Assembly: GCF_006345805.1 (NCBI RefSeq)
Contig: NC_043021.1
Coordinates: forward strand, 16,678,001-16,742,000
Direction of reading: 5' to 3'
Source of the DNA: Octopus sinensis
Taxonomy: Eukaryota
DNA length: 64,000 nt
A program made the position numbers and the translations under genes. The notes beneath the pieces are model-generated. The model did no database searches and was not told the DNA's origin. It saw only the letters and a list, made by a program, of their open reading frames with translations. Of this stretch, positions 12,213-24,860 are shown piece after piece; position 1 is the stretch's first letter, and the number at the start of each line of letters is the position of its first letter.

Positions 12213-12822
12213 CTCTCTTTCCCTCTTTCTCTCTCTCTTCCCTCCTTTTTCCTGTTTTTTTCTTTCTCTCTTTAAAAACCAAAATTGACATCTTGCTTGA
12301 AATGTCATTAAGATCAGCCACCTGTAAAAAAAAAAACTACTAACCACAGACAATCCCTAAAAGGCCATCTCACAGACTAAAAAGTAAAAAGAGACCTTTC
12401 TCTCTTTCTTCCTCCTTTTTTCTTACTGCTTTCTTTCATATAAGTGAAAAATACATCAAATACTAAAAAACCCTAATTCTTCATCAGTTATCGATGGAAA
12501 TACCAGTACAGTTTCATGTCTTTAATGATAAGACTGAGATCTTCGCATATTGGCAGAACCCGCAAAATTTGCAGAGAATTAAGGCTTGAGCAAGCAAACA
12601 GTACAGGGTGGACATAACGAAAGTAAACAAGTGTAATTTGAAACAATTAATGAAGACGGAATACTTAGGGCCTTTCGGCCAAACAAACGGGGAAGTTGGG
12701 TAATGCCTGGAAGAAATCCTGAATGAATATGAAAAGAGAAATAGCAAGAGAAGAGATAGATGTTGACCAGCGTCCGGTTGGATAGAGCATGTTTAGGCCT
12801 CGGTCATTAGTCATTGCTTCTA

Positions 12823-13060
12823 TGAAGCCCAAGGTTCAAAGATCATGCTTCAGCACCTCGCCCCATGTCTTCCTGGATCTACCTCTATCACAGGTTCCTT
12901 CCACAGTTAGAGATCAGTATTTCTTTACACAATTATCCTCATCCATACACATCACATGACCATACCAGTGCAGTTGTCTCTCTTGCACAGCACATCTGAT
13001 GCCTCTTATGACCAACTTTTCTCTCAAGATGCTTACACTCTGTGGAACATACACAATCGT
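12823..13060 (-). pseudogene. RTE LINE ORF C-terminal relic
   Basis: REKLVIRGIRCAVQERQLHWYGHVMCMDEDNCVKKY*SLTVEGTCDRGRSRKTWGEVLKHDL matches the RTE L.W.GHV.R...V.G...RGRP.KTW motif. Confidence 0.85.
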
Positions 13061-13222
13061 GATCAGTTTGACAGCCAGACTCCAGCTGTCTGTTGAGGCA
13101 TGGTTTCTATGGCTCAATGCCCTTCCTAATGTGAACCACTTAACAGAGTGTGCTGGGTGCTTTTTATGTTCCACCGGCACAGGTGCATTTATGCAGTAGT
13201 GGCACCAGCACCTGAAAAGACC

Positions 13223-13275
<53 letters not shown>

Positions 13276-14715
13276 CATCATCATCCAGTGTTTTAAATCT
13301 GGGTTTTGTCTCCGTTAATGGGGGTGGCCGGATCTACCTCAATGCTATAGCAACCGAAGTAGGCAGCTACAGCCCACCCCAGCCTTTGGACTCGCTGGTG
13401 CCCATTCTCCTTTGCTATCATGAGGCTTTTTTGGGGCTGGATTTTCTACAGAGAGCATACCCTTGTTTACTCCCAACCTCAGTTTCTAGACATGAGTGGT
13501 TCTGATACCACAATTTTAAAGAAATGTGGTGAGAAGCTAGCTCAGGAAGGCAGGGATGCTACTCCCTGAGACCCTTTTCAGAGTCCCCCCCCCCCACTTG
13601 GGAAGGTGTGGTCCCCAACCTCTGTACTCTACGCTGCATGTGCTATTGGTTAATGTCTGAACCATTATGTAATCCTGGCTGTTGTTTGCCAAAACAATTA
13701 TATTTTACAGAGCAAAAAATATTATTTATGCTTTCTATACCCTGTTAATAATGTGTGTGGAAATAAATTCATGGTTTTATTTTATTTTTTTGTTTATTTC
13801 TTTTTCTTTTTTTTTTAATCTTTTGCAGGAAATCTATTTTGGTTCAAAACAAGAGCAGAAATAGGTATTTTACTGAAGAAATATAGATTGAAGTAAAGAA
13901 CAGGAAAAATACCCACCAATACTTGATCACAAGACCTGAAGTTGTAAAGGAATTAAATTTTTTTTCTTTGAACCAAAGAAGAAAGTGCTGCAACATATTC
14001 CAGAAAAATCATCTTCAAATTCCAAGAACGCATTCACTTTTATCTAAAGAATTAAAAACAAAAATAAAAAGGGAGAGAAATAAAAACACACACACACACA
14101 CAAAAAAAAAAAGAAAGTGATAGATATTGTAATCAAAAATTAAAAAAAAGAAAAGAAATCCAAACACTGAAATCAGCATTTTTTTCATTATTTTGGCTAT
14201 CTTATGCAAAAAACATTCAAGTTTTTTTTTTTGTTGTTTTTATTTTCTGAAGCCATATCAAAAAGTCTCTGTTTCATCTCAGTCAGTTGACATCAGGAAC
14301 TGTGATCTGACTGGAATTGTAATAATTAAGAAAAGAATTTCAATTTTATCTACTCTAATGAATTTTTGGTTCACGTTTGACGCATAACGAAACATCGGTA
14401 ACACAGTTCCTCAATGTTATCGAATGAGTTTTAAGCCCCTAACCATGCACCAGCCATTCATCCATCACTCCCCACCATCGTCTATTCCAAAGTAACATGT
14501 TGTATCATCCCCTTTTTTTGTCTCCATCTTTCTCTTTTTTTGCTAGAGTTTCAGGGACTTCTGTTCCCCCCATTCGACCATCAAGCTGAGTTTTCATGCT
14601 TGTATCATAGAAACTATGTATTTTATAAATACACCGTCTAGTTATGTGAAATGACTACCTCTTCCAATATTAATAGTAATAATAATAATAATGATAATGA
14701 TGTTTTTTCTGTGAG

Positions 14716-17700
14716 TTGAAAAATATTAAATCCAATGAAATGTTAAAAAAGAAAGCTGTCGAGAAATATAGGCAGCAGGAGTTTTCTCCACTGCATGACT
14801 ATGCGGAAGAGAACGAGCCAGTTAAGATACACAATAATAGTAATAGTTTCTTGTCGGAGAACAACTCGGCCGAGAAGCTAACGTTGGCTAAGAGTAAGAA
14901 CAAAGAGTCTCCGTCAGGTGATCCAGGGTTCACCACCATGGCAACGGATGACTTTACCAGTGGGAGACATTACAAAACTTTTCATATTACTGGCGTGAAG
15001 GTCTCAGAAACGGCTTGCGGCACAATCGATCCCGTTGGAAGGGACGGCTGCAACAGTTTGCAAGATTCCAACATTGATGATTTTAGAATCGGTGGAACCG
15101 ATCAGGAAGATCCTGAGATGCTGGAGAATCAAGATAACGGTAGTCAGTTTTCTCTTGCCACTACCGCTGCAGCTACTGATGACAAAGATGATGATGATAA
15201 TGATGAGGATGTGGATGTGGAGGAGGAAGAGGATGATGATGGGGATTCTGACATTGATGTCGTTACGACCCCGTCGTCACCAAATCGTTTACAGGAATCG
15301 TCAGCTACTGTAAAACTTTCAGGAGTCAGAAGCATTTCCGATTTTGTTTCTTCTGCAAAGACTAACGACATCTCTACTGATTTTGGGGACACGTCTCCAA
15401 CACATTCGGAAAGTGCAGAAAGTTCTGAAGTTCTACCTGGCTTGACAATAACCTCGGCTTTTTCGCTCAGTGCTGACATGTGGGATGACGAAAACGACAC
15501 GAAAGAGGAAGACACGGAAGATGGTACTTACGCAGATTTTATAAAGGTCAGAGTCAACGAAGACTACGATGCCACTGATTACGCCCCTTGGCGCGAATTG
15601 GATTCTGACCCTAAATCCAGTGTTAGCCATCTAGAAAATGAATCACCACACTTTGAACCAGGTCTAGAGGAAAATGTTCCTGATCTCTCAGTGGTGAAGC
15701 AAGAAAATGAAGATCTTTTTTCGTGCCTGCATTGCCCCACAATCCTTACTGACCAGTTCTCCTATGAGCAGCATATCCAGTCGCACACAACCGCTCCTCG
15801 GTCAAAGGTTTACTTACATCAATGCTCTGTACCAAATTGTGATTTCGGCACCAACATAATCCGAGAGTTTCGAGCACACTACTCGGAGAATCACGACAAT
15901 TTATCGTCCTACCAATGCCGCTGGTGCCAGACATATCTGAACTCTCTTGGTGCATTCCTTGATCATATCGGAGATAACTTTGTTGTGCCCTGGGTGAAGT
16001 GCCCTCATTGCCATTTGAAAGAGAAAAGCAAAACTGAAATCCTTCGACACATTTCCACAGAGCACCCTGGAGAGTCTCAACGGGTGATCGCAGGTAGCAT
16101 GATTCTTTGCCGAAGCAAAGCAGAAGCCACTGTGTCATCATTATCATCATCAACATTATCATTACCGCCTCAAGAGAAAGACCACCAAATGACAGCCGCC
16201 TATGTCAGCCTGCTGAATAAGCAGAAATTCGTTTTGAATAATAACGAAACTATCAATAGTAATGGTAATAGTAGTAATAGCAATAATGATGATAATAATA
16301 ATATTAACATTACTACCATTACTACTATTACTAAAAAAAAAAAAACCAAAAAAAGGAAAGCCACCACCATCGCTACCACCAATAATATTAATAGTAGTAG
16401 TAGTAATAATAATAATAATAACAACAACATTGGTGACAGTGAAGTTGAAGACGATGATATTGATGTTGAAACCCTTAGCAGTAGTAGTGTTGAAAATTTA
16501 AAAGATATTGTTAGAAGTAATACTATTACTGTTGATAGATTTATTAGTAACAGCAAGAGGATTGATAAGATTATGAACGGCAACAACTTTGATAGTAATA
16601 GGAACAATAGCAGTTACAATGCGGACGACGATGAAAGCCTCAACTTCAACAATAACGATTCTAGTAATGTGTCAAGTAATTACACTATAAGCCGCTGGTA
16701 CAATTGTCCAGACTGCATTTTCAGTACGACCAAGGCGCAATTGTTCCTCGCACACATGAAGACTTGCTTCCCCTTGAAAACTATGGTGAATCCCAAGGAG
16801 GTGAAATTTGAGTGCAAGGAGTGCACGTTTGCAACAAGCAGCAAAAAGGGGTTTTTGAATCATTGTCATGTAAAGGAAGCGTTGAAAAATGTTCCGAAAC
16901 AGCCATACGGAAAGCATTTGCCCATAAGCAATCTTGACTTACCAAGCAAAAAGATCATGCCAGACAAGAAAAAAATTGTGGGTGTGAGAGGTAAAAAAAA
17001 TCGCAGCACTCTTCGGCCTTCTGTTTATAATATTGTGGACGACAAGTACAAATTCATGTGTCCGTACTGCTCTGAGAGCTTTGAAAAGATAAATTCTATG
17101 AAAATCCACATATTTCGTAGTCATCGAGAGCATTACAACAAACCAATCTCGTTGCATCAGTGTCTGTCGTGCCACATGAAATCATCATCTCAGCTTGTTG
17201 TTAGGCAACACATTGAACGCACACATTTCGGTCGCAAGTCTGGCATCCTTCTTATAGACGAGCCTTCTGAAATCATATCCAGAAAATTCCGGGTGCAGCA
17301 AGACAATAATAAGAAACTGATCCAGACCATAGAGCCAATAGAAAAATTGGACAGCGATGCGGTCAAGAAGGTGTCCTCGGAACGCTGTAGTAGTTGGGGC
17401 CGGTCGCAACAAGCTAACAACGAACCCTTCAAACAGAAAGATGTGCCAGCTGAAAGTAAAAACACTGAGGTGATCCCTGAAAAGCCATCTACGGAGCAGC
17501 GTGTCTCAGATCCTGAAGAATCTGGTGCCTCAAAGAAAGAAGAACTGAAAACTGAAACACCTAACAAAGTGCAGGAAATGGAAATTATAAAGTTTGGCGT
17601 CGGGGACCATTTCACTGAATACATCCACTGCCCTCGGTGTCCCTATCAATCTCAGAGCGTAATGGGTTTCTATGGACACATCAAACGGCATGAAAACATG

Positions 17701-20579
17701 GTTGTTTGTATAAATACGAGACGGAAATACGAATTTCACAAACCTAAATATGACAAATATTCAGAAACAGCTGCCAGTGGCAACACCAACTCTGCTGAAG
17801 ATGTGCCCAAAACTTCAGATTCTGATTCAGTACCAGTAATTAATTCCGAAACTGAATTACCAGCTGCTATAAATGCAGATCAGTTGGTTAATTTGACCAA
17901 CGAAAATTCCGAGAAAACAGCAGAAAGTCCTGATGAAATTTCCGTGAACGAAATTCCTGAATCTGATGGCAAAGATGCATCAGCTCTTATGCAATACCCT
18001 GTTGAATCTGAGACAGTTATCATGAATAAACAATCAGAAAGTGATGTCGATAAAGAAGAATATTCCAAATTGGGTGGCCCCGTTTTAACCTCTAAATTGT
18101 CCCAACTCTACACTGTCAGAGGAATGCTTCAGGAATGCAACCTCTGCGATTATTCCTCCGATTTTCCGTCTTATATGCATCGGCATCTGCTTTCTAATCA
18201 TCTCAATGTTCACTTCTGGCGATGCGGCTACTGTTTCTATCGCCATTTACAGCAGTGTAAGATACTGAGGCACTGCATAAAGCATCACGCCAGCTGCGAG
18301 CCATATGCCAAGTGGCTTGGCATTCCAGACTGGGAAAAGAAAATAAATATTTGTCTTGCCAACAAAAACCACAAGGCTCAAAACACATCAGAAGCAAAAT
18401 CTCCAAAGATGCCCCTCTCTCCTACGACCACTTCCCAGTCTTCTACGGGTGAAGAGAAAATACCTCCTTTGTCACCAAAATTGAAAGAAGGCAATATTAA
18501 AGTTCCAAGTGAAATGAAGATTATAGAAATTGAAAAACTACCTGGGAATCTCTACAAGTGTAAGGTTTGTTCTTACTGTAGCATATATCAGACAAACGTC
18601 TTGAGACATATTTCTTATGTTCACGGCGCTTTTGGTAAAAGCATTGAAGGTAACTTACAATCTCCAATAATGAATCTGACTGCTTCTGTTCGATCCAAAT
18701 TGTCTGGTGAGAAGCAAGAAAGCTCCAAGACTGATGGTAAGTCAGAAAACACCTCTCCCGTGCCATCTGCTCCGCCAACACTGTATCGCTGTGTATTCTG
18801 CAATTCTGTGAACATGTCTGCTGACGAAGTGAAGAAACACATGTGGCAAGAGCACTCTGACGAATTAACCAATGTTGGTATTTTGCTGAAATCCAAAGAG
18901 GAGAGCGCTGGATCTTCCCGCAAGAATTCCAAAAGATCACAGTTACTTAAAAAACACTTACATCAGCCTGCCAAGGGTCGAAAGGTTAAAACTCAGTCTA
19001 AGAATACCAGCGAACAATCTAGTCCAAGAGATGCAAATGAAGAATCGATGGCCCTAAAGCATACTCGAAGGAATTCTGCCAAAGGTGATGGTTTTCCGGA
19101 AGGAAGTGAAGATGCCTTGGCTTTGAATTTATTATACGATGAAAACCAGGACCATCCACGTCCAGTTAAACGTCCAGCCACGAAGCAAAACCAGCGTGTT
19201 CCAGCAAAACGACTTAAACAGAAAACAGCTCAAAGCAAAGCTAATGAAAGAAATTCATTAGAGAACTTAAATAATGATATGGTTTCTGAAACCCTCCGTG
19301 ATAGGGAATTTCATATGACTGAGAAGCTGGCTGCTCAGTCAGGGAATGACACAGAGTCTCAGACACAGAGATCAGGTGAGATATTGCCGGAATTACAGAA
19401 AGTCGATATGGAGATATATAATCGCTATATATTCAAGACTTACGATGGTTCCTACCTCTGCAATTTCTGCATCACCAGCATGGCCACCGAAGATGAAGCG
19501 CGACAACACATTCTTTCGATGCACCCGAAAAAGGTTGCCAATCCCTCTGAACTACCTTGTCAGAATTTCCAAATTTTCCGACAGAAAACCAGACGTCCAG
19601 AAATCATCGTGCCTATTGCCGCCAAACCACGGGGTGCTACAGATGCAAACCGAAAGTCTAAAAACCCGAAGCCGAAAAGAGATCCTTATAAAGTCAGAAA
19701 GCAGCCAAAGAAAAGGAAAGCGAGTTCAAATAAGCCGAGACCGAATGCAAATAAATGGCAGGCGGCTGAAAACAAGTTAATGTCAACACAGCACAGGACA
19801 GGAACTGACTACGAGATGAGCAACAAGGAAGAAAAGAGCAACACCGATTCTCCTATGCTCCTTGCCGACAGTTTTACAGATGATGATGATGATGATGTTG
19901 ATTGTATCTTCAGCTGGAGTTATGACGACGACCAAATGAAAGTCTCAAATAGCTGCACGGATCAGCAGCAGTTGTCGATCGTCCGGATGATAAAGTATCA
20001 ACTCGATGATTCTGAACTTTTCAAATGTCCATTCTGCCAGCTCAGGTCAAAAAGTCACCGCAAGGTCATGGACCACATTCGAATGCACCATTTAGAGCTA
20101 GAGGTGAACAGATGTTCAGAATGTCCTTACACCAGTTGGTTCGACGGGGAGATGTCGAAGCATGTGCAGGCGGTGCACGGCTGCATCATGTCGACAGGTA
20201 ATCACCGACCGCCTGACCCTATGGACTCCTTGCTAAATAATCCAGTCAAACCGGACACAGCTGATGTGGCTATCAAGAATGAACAAACTCCCTCTGATGT
20301 ATGTAACCCACACCGGACGACGAATACTACTACTACTACTACTACCACTAATACTACTTCTGCTACTACTACTAGCTCTGAGTCCACTGACATCTATGTG
20401 ACCACCGATTATAGAAGCTTATACTCAAAGGCTTCTTGTATTAAAAACCAGACCCTTCTCTACACTTGCACCATATGTTCACTACAGTTGGTGAGCCAAA
20501 AGCTGTTTTTTGAACATGTCACTAAACACTACGGACGAATTTACCAGTGCTCATTGTGTTCCTTCAAAACATACCCAAG
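14716..20579 (+). CDS. Large dispersed-C2H2 zinc finger protein, main exon (true 5' boundary uncertain; first in-frame ATG at 14740)
   Basis: 1955-codon open frame with about 18 C-x2/4-C-x12-H-x3/4-H(C) motifs, acidic and Asn/Thr low-complexity tracts, ending at the donor AAG|GTAAGA (phase 2) in the middle of a finger. Confidence 0.92.
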
Positions 20580-21392
20580 GTAAGAGAAAAGCCTGTTTTT
20601 TTTTTTTCCTGATATTTTTTTTTATTTATCTTTTGTCTTTTAATTGGGAAGGTAGGCAGTGCCTATGGCCCCTTGCAGGATCTCTAAGTCTGGTTAGGGA
20701 GGAAGGTAATCCTCAAAACTGGACAGCCATTCTAAATGCTTGTAATAGGGGTGTGAACACTTGCAATGGGTTGGACCCTGCTAAAGATACCTTAGGTACC
20801 AGGTGGTGATGTTAAACAGGGTGACAGACTTAGTTTAGCTCCGAAGTAGGCCATGGTGAGATTTGAACTGAGAGCTGAAATAAATATTGCCAGCCAGCCA
20901 GCCAGTCTATCATATTGCATTGGTACTTTTTTTTTGGTGGGGAGGGCCCTGGAAAAGATGAAAGGCAAAGTTGACTTCAGCAGAATTTGAACTCATCATG
21001 TGGTGAATTGGAACAAATACTTCAAAGTATTCTGCCTGCCGTTCTAATGACTCTGCTAATTAATTATCTGTTGTTGTTAATAATCTTTTCTAAGGCAGTT
21101 AGCTGGCAGAACCAGTGCTCGACAGGTACTTATTTTATCGACCCACAAAAGTTTCAACCCAGAATGTAAAGAATTGGAAGAAAGCATGCAAACGATTCTG
21201 CCAGCTCACTACCTTATACCACTATTAATAATATAAGGGCTGTGCAGACCATTGGACAAAATGCCTTGTGGTATTTATTCCAGCTCCTTATGTTCTGAGT
21301 TCAAATCCTGCCAAGTTCACCTTATTTCAAGGTTAACCTTTTTGTTATATTTCTGCTGAAATACAGTTTTTCTTTCAATTAATTAAAAATAG

Positions 21393-21737
21393 TGAAGGCA
21401 CATGGCTCAGTGGTTAGAGCGTCAGGCTCACGATCATGAGGTTGTGAGTTCGATTCTCGGACTGTGCTGCATGTTGTGTTCTTGAGCAAGACACTTTATT
21501 TCACGTTGCTCCAGTTCACTCAGCTGTAGAAATGAGTTGCAATGTCTCTGGTGCCAAGCTGTATTGGCCCCTTTGCTTTTCCCTTGGATAACATTGGTGG
21601 CATGAAAAGTGGGAGGCTGGTATGCATGGGTGACTGCTAGTCTTCCATAAACAACCTTGCTCAGACTTGTACCTCAGAGGGGGAACTTCCTAGGTGCACT
21701 CCCATGGTCATTTATGACTGAAGGGGGTCTTTACCCT
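21393..21737 (+). mobile_element. CORE-like tRNA SINE in the ZF gene intron
   Basis: A-box TGGCTCAGTGG, B-box GAGTTCGATTCTC, central TTGAGCAAGACACTTTATTTCACG domain. Confidence 0.75.
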
Positions 21738-22005
21738 ATTATTTCCTTGGCACATCAACCTCCTGGAATTCCCTTCCAGCTAATGTATATCCTGCCGATA
21801 TTGACTGGTGGTGTTTGGGCTCAACATAAAACCATAAACCATTTCAGCCCCATGTTAGTTCCAGAAGACCCTACAAAAGTTATTGAGACATTACAAAGGT
21901 CACAGACACTGCTCCATACTTCCAAAAAAAAAAAAAAAAAAAAAAAAAAACCCATTTTAATTTTGCTTATTGTTTTCTATTGTGTACTTTTTTTTTTATT
22001 TCCAG

Positions 22006-22707
22006 AGAATTTATGGAGAACCACATCCGCACTCACCAAAATACTCCCAAAGAGAACATCAATATTGTCGTACTCTGCCATGAATCTCTGATGGATATTC
22101 CTGAGAGTATTATCAAACCTTGCCAGATATTTAAGTCTTCAGTTTATTCACCTGTTGGTCCTACTACCAGTACTGCTATTGCTGCTGCTACTACTACTAC
22201 TGCTGCTGCTGCTGCTACTGTCATTCCTGCTGCTTCTGCTGTTACCACCTCTGACGGCCACACTACCCCTCCTGCTTCTACTGCTGAGTGGTGGCCCTCA
22301 AGCCCCACCAGCCTGACCCTCACCGCTGCATCGGCAGCCGCTGCTGTGTCTGCACTCTGGACAGACTACTTAAAGTACTGCTGCCCCTTCTGTACTTTCA
22401 AAACTGACCAGCTCAGTGCATTCGAACAGCACCTGAAGGCCTGCTGCGAGAAAAAGCTCGCTGCGGCTGTCACATCTGATCCTTCGATTTCTGCTTGGCC
22501 AGGGTCAGAGCCAGAGGTCCCCCCTGAGAGTGGCGGCAGCGACAGCAACAACAACAACAGCAACAGCAGCAGTAATAACTCTCACAACATCAACAACAAC
22601 ACCAAGTCGAAAGTTCTGCTGCCTACCATTTTCAACGTTCATGTCACACTTCAAGACATTTTTGCATCATATAAGCCTGAATTTTTGATTTTTACACATA
22701 AGCATAT

Positions 22708-22752
<45 letters not shown>

Positions 22753-22894
22753 GTGTGTGCACGCGTGTGTATGTGTGTACACATATACACACACAGGCAC
22801 ACACACACACACACATATATCAGATATATCGTTTTTTTTTTTTTTCTTTTGCGGCTTTAATTTGCCTCATCTTCCTTATCTATCTCATCACTGA
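22006..22894 (+). CDS. ZF protein terminal exon (3' end uncertain)
   Basis: Acceptor TTTTTTTATTTCCAG at 22005. The splice gives CSLCSFKTYPR-EFMENHIRTH, an exact C2H2 spacing. A further CPFC..H..C finger follows, then the frame runs through (TA)n/(CA)n to TGA. Confidence 0.85.
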
Positions 22895-23874
22895 CCTCGT
22901 CTCCCTTCTAATTATGAATATCGTTAACGATTTACAAGTTTTCTTGCTCAAACGAAAAGAATATATGGGAAGAAGAGAGAAAATTTTTGTTTGAGAAGGG
23001 ACTATATGTACGTACGTACATATGTATGTATGCATGTACGTACGTACGTACGTATGTATGCATGCATGTATGTGTGTGTGTGTGTGGATGTATGTTCATG
23101 AATTAAAATTTTTTTGTCTTTTTTCAATAACATGAACAAAACCGAATAATTAACTTCTGTCCAAATTTTTTTTTTTTTTTATCAATGGATTAAAATTTCA
23201 ACACTCACCCTCCCTCCCTCCCTCCTTCCCAACACTCCCCACGATGACCACCTCCACTACCACCACCACTACCATATCATAGACAGATCATGTTTTTTCT
23301 TTTTTTTTTTTTTATTTTGTAAATGTTACACCAAAGAACAGGAAAGAAAGGAAAAGGAGATTTAAAGAAAGAATGGCTGACTTCTTTTCTCTTTGAATAA
23401 CCAAAAACTATATATATATAGCAGTGTGTGTATGTGTATGTGTGGCGGTAGTTGTATGGGTGTGAGAATCTCAGAACCTACATCAAAAAACAAAAAGCAA
23501 AGAAAACTATAAAAAAAAAACAAAGAATAATAATAATTGGTTGGGTGTATTGGAATTTGCTGCTATTTGTAAGATATCACAATTTTCTTTTTTTTTTCTT
23601 TTTTTTTTTTTTGTAAACTTTATTTATGACTTTATTTATTTTATTTTTATTTATACTTTCTCTCTCTCTCTATCATGCTCTTTTTTTTTTGTTGTTGTTC
23701 AAAGTGAGGAGAGGAAAACTCGTGATATTATTTGAAACTGGTTTAAAAAATCAAATCATCTTGCTTTAAAAAAAAAAAACAATTTTTTTTTTTTGAAGTT
23801 TAATTAATTATCAGTGATTCAACAGATTTCCTACAGTGACTGTATTTCAATTTGATTGTCATTTATTTTGACGA

Positions 23875-23947
23875 TTATCGTTTTATATATACATATGCGT
23901 GTATATATATATATGAGTGCATGTATATGTGTGTGTGTGTATATATA

Positions 23948-23987
<40 letters not shown>

Positions 23988-24262
23988 GTGTGTATATATA
24001 TATATATATGAGTGCATGTGTGTGTATGTATATGTGTGTGTATGTATATATGTGTGTATATATATATATACATATGTGTGTATAAATATATATATATGTG
24101 AGTGTGTGTGTGTGTATGTATTTGTGTGTGTGTATGTATATATGTGTATATATACATATGTGTGTATATATATATATATATATCAGTGCGTGTGTGTGAA
24201 TGTATATGTGTGTATGTATATATGTGTGTATATATATATATATGTATATATACACACACGTT
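23875..24262. repeat. Compound (TA)n/(TG)n microsatellite
   Basis: Directly visible. Confidence 0.9.
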
Positions 24263-24822
24263 AATGTTCTGAAAAAAAACAATGAAGAGGAATTTGTGGG
24301 AGGGTGGTATTCAGCACTAAAAAGCCAAATTAATGCCTTAAAGTGCTGAGTTTGGAGGTTCTATTTGATAAAAATCCAAATCTTAAAAAATAAAAGCAGC
24401 GATCCAGAAGGTTCATAAACGTTTTTAAAACCAACCTGTGCTGACTGGAAAATCTGGGAATAGAAGGCAAGCATGCTAACCTGTTACACTTATGGTGTGA
24501 CATTGCCATTATTGTTTTCGTCATCGTTGTACGGCCCATTTGGGTTGGTGGCTGGGGTACTGGGAGTGCTGGTATTCTTGCTTTCTGTTTACAACTGAAG
24601 GTCACACAGCTATCTTCTTAATTGTCCTGGTGTATTAGATGTGCATGTCTCTAATATACCCAACATAGATGAGAAGGTGGTGGAGAGAAAACTGTAAATC
24701 AAAGAACATTGTTCTACTAGACCACCATATAGCATTTTTTTTTTTGTTCAATTGCTCAATGTCTGTTATCCAGCCAATGAAAACTTTACCGTTTTAGGTA
24801 CCAAAATTGTAAAACTCTTGAG

Positions 24823-24860
<38 letters not shown>

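Noticed and set aside
12494-12766. Coding-looking frame MEIPVQFHVFNDKTEIFAYWQ..
   Set aside because: Two internal stops in 91 codons and no motif recognised; BLASTX would be needed.
13829-13864. 36-nt upstream coding exon of the ZF gene
   Set aside because: Strong acceptor but weak donor (GTATTT) and a stop in phase 0; it may be UTR but cannot be supported as CDS.
23852-24282. YIYI/CVCV-type ORFs here and throughout the window
   Set aside because: Dinucleotide microsatellite artefacts.
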